Positions 57,017 to 64,000 of a stretch of DNA of 64,000 nt are shown here, piece after piece. The DNA comes from Octopus vulgaris (Eukaryota): positions 11,966,001 to 12,030,000 of the forward strand of contig OX597828.1 of NCBI GenBank assembly GCA_951406725.2, written 5' to 3'. The stretch's first letter is position 1; each line of letters begins with the position of its first letter. The position numbers were made by a program, and so were the translations under genes. The notes under the pieces are model-generated. The model saw only the letters and a list, made by a program, of their open reading frames with translations, was not told the origin of the DNA and did no database searches.

Positions 57017-57433
57017 TCTTTTACACTTTACCCTTGTACTTATTTCAGTCATTTGACTGCGGCCATGCTGGAGCACCGCCTTTCGTCGAATCAAATTGCC
57101 CGCAGAACTTATTCTTTGTAAGCCTAGTACTTATGCCATCGGTCTCTTTTACCGAACCGCTAAGTTATGGGGACCTAAACACACCAGCATCGGTTGTCAA
57201 GCGATGCTGGAGGGACAAACACAAATACACTACATATACACACACATACATATACATATATACATATATACGACGGGCTTCTTTCAGTTTCCGTCTACCA
57301 AATCCACTCACAAAGCTTTGGTCGGCGCAAGCCTATAGTTGAAGACACATGCCCAAGGTGCCACGCAGTGGGACTGAACCCGGAACCATGTGGTTTGTAA
57401 GCAAGCTACTTACCACACAACCACTTCTGCGTC
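57015..57433 (-). mobile_element. SINE family A
   Basis: Reverse complement of 54529-54938. Confidence 0.9.
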
Positions 57434-57434
57434 T

Positions 57435-57469
<35 letters not shown>

Positions 57470-57489
57470 CAATTATTATTATTATTATT

Positions 57490-57535
<46 letters not shown>

Positions 57536-57536
<1 letters not shown>

Positions 57537-57760
57537 ATCCTGCTCATGACACATTCTGCATTTCGGGTTAGTGCCATCGTTCATTATTTTGTTGTAGTAA
57601 ACCCTGGTTGCCAGGATTTGATCTTGTGCTACTATGATAAAATCTTCGGTTTCAGCCTTCAGTCCTGAGCTCTTCATCCATACATGTGTGTTTCGTTTTT
57701 CTACGCCTGGTTTGTTCACTCTACAGGGGTATCGGCCATGCATCGGTTTTTCTAGCCATT
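57536..57760 (-). mobile_element. R4/Dong-clade LINE fragment
   Basis: HGRY...WMKSSGLKAETEDFIIVAQDQILATRVY..KI....PKCRMC, between trinucleotide tracts. Confidence 0.85.
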
Positions 57761-57764
57761 CTTC

Positions 57765-57837
<73 letters not shown>

Positions 57838-57863
57838 CCATCATCATCATCTTCTTCTTCTTA

Positions 57864-57900
<37 letters not shown>

Positions 57901-58569
57901 TGAGTGAGGAAGCAGTGCATGCCATCAAAGTCACACTGGTATAAAATATACTACCCGTGTGACAAGGGCACACCAGACACGTGCATCACAGCAATATGTG
58001 CGCAACATAGTGACTTTGTATCAAGATAAACAGCACATGACCTTGCAGGTGGGTCCCAGTTAGAATTTTCTTCAGGTCGAGTAGGCCATGCCACTCAAAA
58101 GGTCCTTGAATAAGGGTTGTTTAGGATGTTGTTGTTGGTATTATTGATAGTTCACTACCTGCAATACAGAAAAAGGAAAAATCAAACAAGGTGTCTTTTT
58201 CAGAGTTTATAATCTTCAGTAACATCTGAACTGGAAAGAATTTCCCTAACCATTTTCCTTAATTCTAATTTGTACAATTGTGGTTTCTATTGGAATATCA
58301 CTGATCTCCTAAATTTCTAACCTCTCTTTTGGTATTGGAATTTGAGAATGTTTATGATGTGTTCTGAACTAATGATGTCTGAAATGAAATTAGGAACCTA
58401 CCTGAAAAAAAATGTTCTCTATCTGGACATCTTATGAATGAACTTACGCTGCGTATTCATTGCTATTGTAAGACCAAAAACATCGTTAGTTTCTCGGATT
58501 CATTGTTATTGAGAATTGTCACATTGAAAATCTTTCAATATTTAATATGACATTTCCTGATTAGTTCTT

Positions 58570-59710
58570 TTGTTCGATTTAACTATAAACAGCGAAGTCC
58601 ATGCCAAAATACCAACTTCTTTGAACAGTCTTAGCGAAATTTCTATAACAAGTTTTCACCTCTGCGGCAAATCTTTCGTCATAATGTCTTCACTTAGTGA
58701 TGGCCAAATTATTACAAGAATTGTTATACGATAATTCTATTGTTACAAGATAATACTATATTTGCATACACACGCACACAGTCATAATTAAGTATGCGCA
58801 TTCTTCTTCACTGCTCAGTCTTCCCTTGACTCACAGCTATACCAGCGCCAATAATCCTTCACTTGCTCGAAAGACATAGTCCTTTGTCACGTATCTAGGG
58901 GTTCCAACCAGTAAGCTATCTTACCTCGTGGTGAATAATTTTGGAAGCTATGACAGAATGTCTTTTCTACTTAGTTTTGTGTAGTCTCCTCATTAATTTA
59001 CCCAACTACTTCAGTTTATTCCATCTTATCGGAATGATAATAGTGCATGTTATATGGGTGTCCTATCATGGTATCATTAGTATATACAGCTAACACAACA
59101 TTTCAGTAAATGTTGATCTCCATATCACCTTCCATTTTACGACTCATGTTTCTGTTGGATAAGACCGTATGTACTAGTCTCTTCAATGCCGCAGTCGTAC
59201 CAGAGCTCATATACGCAAACTGAGACATGGACTACTACAAGAAAGGAAGAGCAACAAATGGCTACACAGAAAGCCGTGGAAAGATCCAGGCTTGGAATAT
59301 CATTCTGGAGCACTCCCGAATCGATCTGAGTGGAATGAACGGTGTGATTGCGAAATACCGAAAGCACACGTTCCTCTCGAACGAACTTCTTGCTTGTGGA
59401 GTTGCCAAAAGGTATCCAAGAGATCAGAATAGAGTAGTCGGAAAATTTCCAGGAGAATGGAATGATGGTGTAATGGAAAAAACTTCAGACCTGTTTGGAA
59501 GAGGGGAGCGCAATGAAAACAATGGAAGTGCATTTTTTCAGTTGCAAGACATTCCGATAGCCAAATAATAGAGTAACAAAGTGATATGGGTATATTTGTA
59601 TGTATGTTTAATACATGCATAATGTAATAAAGTGGTATATTTGTATATTTGTATGCAGGCTTAATACACGCATAATGTATGTGTATGAGTGTGTGTGTAT
59701 GCATATAATG

Positions 59711-59772
<62 letters not shown>

Positions 59773-60369
59773 TTGTTTGTCCCCCAACCGTTTGACAACT
59801 GGTCTTTGTTTTGTTTATGTCCTCGTAAATTAGCGGTTTGACAAAAGACATGGATAGAATAAGTACTCAGCTTGTTAATTAACCATAAATAATACAAGAT
59901 GGTGCTCCAGCATAGCCGCAGTCTCATGACTGAAACAAGATAAACGATTAAAGATATATTTGATCTACAATTCGAACTACCAAGTCAAGATTCGTTCAAT
60001 TTAAGTTTCACCTAACGTTTTTACCTTTATATAATGGTAAATAATTATGTTAATTATGTCGCTAAGTCACAGATTAAAATAGAGACATTAATTTGGCATT
60101 TGATTGTGGCCAAGCCGGGGCACGACCTTCAAGAGTTTAGTTGAAGAAATTAACTCAAGCAATTTCTTCTAAAAATTTGGTATTAGGTCTATTGGGCCTT
60201 TTGCTTAACTGGACGTAAACAAACTAACACCGCTTGCCAAGCAGCGGGTCGGGATAAACACAAAGACATATAAATATATATATATATATTTACACACAGA
60301 CGGTCGCACACACACACATATATATATATATATAAACATATAAACATAAATATATATATATATATATGC

Positions 60370-60454
<85 letters not shown>

Positions 60455-61853
60455 TTTATAATTAGTGTTCGGTAAAGATTTGCTTCCCCACATACCGAAG
60501 TTTAGAAATAGCAGTCAAAAAAATCTTAGCTATTCCTTCTACTTTAAAAGGGGCTCCCAGAAAAACCAAAGTACTTGAAAACAATCCATGCAGGCAAAAG
60601 AGAAAAATAAAGAAAATCAATCGATATTAGGTTACCAACGTACGCGCGTTTCGGAATTAGATCAGTGTAAAAAATAAATAATTATGCCCTACCCGACAAT
60701 TTTCGGCTCTTCAGCGTGGGATTCCTCAAATATTAATTATTAAATATTAACTTTGAAGGCACTGGAAAATATCTCTTCGGTATGTGGTGAAGCAAATCTT
60801 TGCTGAACCCTAATTATAAAGTATTACTTAAGCTTACTATGAAAAGGTCTTTTTCATGCCGAATTCTATTTGGTGAAATTACTGATTACTTCTTAATTAA
60901 TTAATTTTACCGTTTGTTATTATATATATATATATTGATACTGAAATATGACCGAATCCCACAATGTTTCCGTCTATCAAATTCACTTTGAAGGTGTTGG
61001 TTGGCGCAGCCCCAAATTAGTGACTCAAGGTTCCGCACAGTAGCAATGAACCGTGCATGCGATTCGAAAGCAAGCGTCTTAACCACACACCCTTGTCTGG
61101 AAAGAATAATTTCTTACTTCCATATCAGCATTTATAACCTTCATTATCACAATAAATTATTATTTTTAATATTTGAATATTTTAAATACAAGTCACGGGG
61201 TGATGGAATGGCAGAAACGGTGGAGTTAAGTATATTAGCGAGATCTTTTGCTCCTTCTGAGTTGAAATCCTTCTGGGGTGAATATATAATCTGTGTTGAA
61301 GCTAACCTATTAGCATCCAAATGTAATTCTATAAATTTTTGTGTTAAAGTATTATTTAGTTATGAGAATTGTGGGAACGTATTCATACATTTGCATATAT
61401 GCATTTACATATCTCATTGGGATACGTGGGATATAGTTTACATTTGAAACGATTAAAAATAGTTAATGCATGCACATAGTAAAGTGTCAGGTTGTAGAGA
61501 AATTACTTTCTGGTTTTTAGTATGTATTTAAAAATTCACACATGATATTTAATGCTGAAAATTTAATCATCTTCATTATCCCTTTCATTTTCTATAACCT
61601 CTTCCCACTACTTGTAAATTTTTTAATGCCTAGTTTGAAAAACACCCTGGAGTTTTAATTAAAATATATTTAATTCGCTTTCTGTATTTTCGATGCTAAC
61701 CGTACATTTCCCGTCTAAATAGCTTTGCAATGATCTAAATAAATAGAAGTTTGACAGACGAAAGATCTGGAGAATATTGAGGGTATAGCACTTTACTCCA
61801 TCACAGTGACACCAGGCCATTTTTAACGACTTGTGCACCGTAAGATTAAACAC
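58570..61853 (-). pseudogene. TLR-like pseudogene (LRR, LRR-CT/TM, TIR), interrupted
   Basis: LNILQIFRLSNFYL (61.7 kb); FHCFHC; GVLQNDIPSLDLSTAFCVAICCSSFLVVVHVSVCVYELWY (TM, ~59310-59195); FCHSFQNYSPRG; ITILVIIWPSLSEDIMTKDL; LVFWHGLR. Confidence 0.5.
60635..60720 (-). ncRNA. Hammerhead ribozyme with long stem II insert (partly decayed)
   Basis: cccacg-CTGAAGA-...-GAAAC gcgc GTA-cgttgg. The host repeat (60500-60920) is shared with 38330-38540. Confidence 0.6.
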
Positions 61854-62070
61854 AGTTTTGATGAAAGTGAGTTTATTGCTATGATATATTAAAGCAGGAA
61901 GTTTTCTATTCGAAGGAGCCTATGAACAGAAAAGTTGCAGATATTTGAAGTGATTGTTTGATTTGACTTTGAAAGCTTACCCTTTTATTCTTTTACTTGT
62001 TTCAGTCATTTGACTGCGGCAATGCTGGAGCATACCGCGGAAGTCAGGAAGCAAGAGTAACGACAGTAAA

Positions 62071-63870
62071 ATGGCGGCAGAGAAGAATCGAGTTATGAAA
62101 TAGAAACCTTTATCAGGTCGATTACATGAACATTTTGGATTTAAATTGTTAGCTAACGGTAATATCAAAATTCCTGATAACGTTTATTGCGACTAATCGT
62201 TCGCATATCATGGACCTAACACATCGCTTACTTACCACCTTCAAAACAAACACGTGCTACAATGTTCGAAACCTCATCTCGCAAAGTCAGCTTCATTTAG
62301 TCAGTCTACAGCGGCGGTGTCATCTACCTCCAAGCAGACTCTTTTGAGTCAGTTTTATCTTCGGTCTGATCATCTGGTGAGTGCGACATTAAAAAATCAC
62401 TTGCAAACTGGGTAGCTAATAATGGTAGACCAACATCGATAGTAGAAGATGATGGTCGTCAGCAAGTATTACATGTAGCACTTCAAAATACCGAATGTAA
62501 ACTACATTGTCGGCGCACTATTGATAGAATGTTGCCTGATATTTATAATAGCAAAAGAGAGTGATTTAGAAGTAGTGAAAAATTCAACGGCAATTGCGCT
62601 ATCATCTGGTTTTTGGACATCTCTAGGTAATGAAAGTCATTGCGGATTCACCGGCCATTGGATTGCTGGTGAATGGAATTTAATAAGTGCTATTCTTGAA
62701 TGTGTGCATGTTGTTGAACGTCACTATTCTAACAATGCTTCTGAGTTAAATTAACAATTTGTAAAAGACTGGAATACAACAAAGAAGATCCAAGTTCTAG
62801 TAACAGACAATGCACTAAATTTGGTTTCAGCTGCTAATTGAACTGGTTTGCTCATATTCCGTGTTTGGATCATAGCCTGCAGTTGATCATATTGCATGAA
62901 TTTAAAGTCACAAATACAGAAACATTATTGGTTAAATGTCGAAAAATCCAAGGACATTTTAAACATAGCCATATCCACACAAATGAATTGCAGAATTGTA
63001 GTGATTCGCCTTTGTGCAAGCTACAGCAAGATGCTCCAGGAAGATGGAATAGTATTTTCTAATGCTGCAGAGTCTGCTGCAGGTCAGAGAAGCAATAACC
63101 ACCTACATGTCAGACGAAGAGAAGCAGTATAAAGGTCCAAAACTGTTCGATTCTGATTGGGAAAAGATTTCAGAATACATCAACGTTTTAGACTTATTCT
63201 GTCAGGATATAGTCCTGCTTGGCAGTGCAAAATATGTGTTGTGTAGCTGTGTATTGCCTTTGACACAGCACATAACTGTAAATGATGATGATCCAGGTCA
63301 TGTAGCCAGATTCAAGGCGGCATCAGTTAATGACTTCAGCAAACGTGTAGCTGATATGAAAAGTATTGAAATATTACAGAGTGCAACAGCACTTGATCCA
63401 CGATATAAAAACTTGAAGTGTTTATCAGACTATTCAAAAGAACAAACTGGGTCACTAATAGGACAACAAATAGCAGTTGATGTTAATGCTGACAGGTTGC
63501 ACAAGATGATACTGACAGAGTTAATAAAACTATATGTGAACATAATGAAAGGCGCATTAAGCTGATGGAGTCTGACTCAGACTTAGAAGAGGGTGTCGAA
63601 AACGCTTCTGATGAAGTACAGCGATATAAAATGGAGAAAAAAGTTGCTGAATCAGTTGATCCAATAAAATGGTGGAAACTTAATGAACATCGGTATCCGA
63701 AATTGGCATTTTTTGCCAAGACTTTTCTGTGCATACCAGCTACTGCAGTTCCGTGTGAACGATTATTTAGCTCTTCTGGTTAAATTGTTAAAAAGACGCG
63801 CTCATTACTTGAAGAAAATACTGTTAACATGCTTGTGTGTTTGCGTAATTAGTTAACCAACAGCATTTGA
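62071..63870 (+). mobile_element. hAT transposase pseudogene (ZBED1/Ac-like), near full length
   Basis: BED finger (HFGF...SLTYHLQNKH), FWTS, LVTDNA, CLDHSLQL, RWNS, LDPRYK and the dimerisation domain WWKLNEHRYPKLA..FLCIPATAVPCERLFSSSG. Multiple stops and frameshifts. Confidence 0.92.
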
Positions 63871-64000
63871 GTGAGAAAATGCCTATGCTATTTCTTGCTT
63901 TTAACTGAATTTCAATTGAAATATCATAAACTTGTTAATAAAAGCAACTGCAGACATTTTTGTGTTTTAATCGAAATTACCTATTATTTAATCATTACTT

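Noticed and set aside
59190-59480. Cys-loop / chemotactile receptor M1-M3 interpretation (ILISWIPF, ERV..STQ..IP)
   Set aside because: Spacing and M2 hydrophobicity do not fit, no Cys-loop motif is present, and paralogue context plus downstream TIR-like motifs favour a TLR.
59227-59568. 113-aa plus-strand ORF (MDYYKKGR...)
   Set aside because: No recognisable family; it is antisense to the TM-bearing TLR-like remnant and probably a shadow frame.

Overview
AT-rich, microsatellite-dense animal genomic DNA, most consistent with an octopus/cephalopod genome (inferred from the tRNA-derived SINE families and repeat landscape; not database-verified). No intact protein-coding gene was found, and almost all listed ORFs are microsatellite or SINE artefacts. 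Layer 1 is mobile DNA: CORE-like, Nin-domain and Meta-type SINEs; R4/Dong-like LINE fragments; Tc1/mariner, hAT, Helitron and pogo-like remnants; and many Penelope-like element (PLE) pieces, mostly inside (TA)n tracts. Layer 2 is at least 12 minimal type I hammerhead ribozyme (HHR) motifs from several unrelated families in those PLE or retrozyme-like inserts, including U3-A8 and long-stem-II variants. Layer 3, the main hidden signal, lies in the unique DNA between repeats: translated by hand across stops and frameshifts it repeatedly gives LRR, LRR-CT, transmembrane and TIR motifs in Toll-like receptor order on both strands. This suggests a decayed tandem cluster of about 8-10 TLR-like pseudogenes that the ORF track cannot show. 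All protein-family calls are by-eye motif recognition and need HMM confirmation. Boundaries of degenerate features are approximate.
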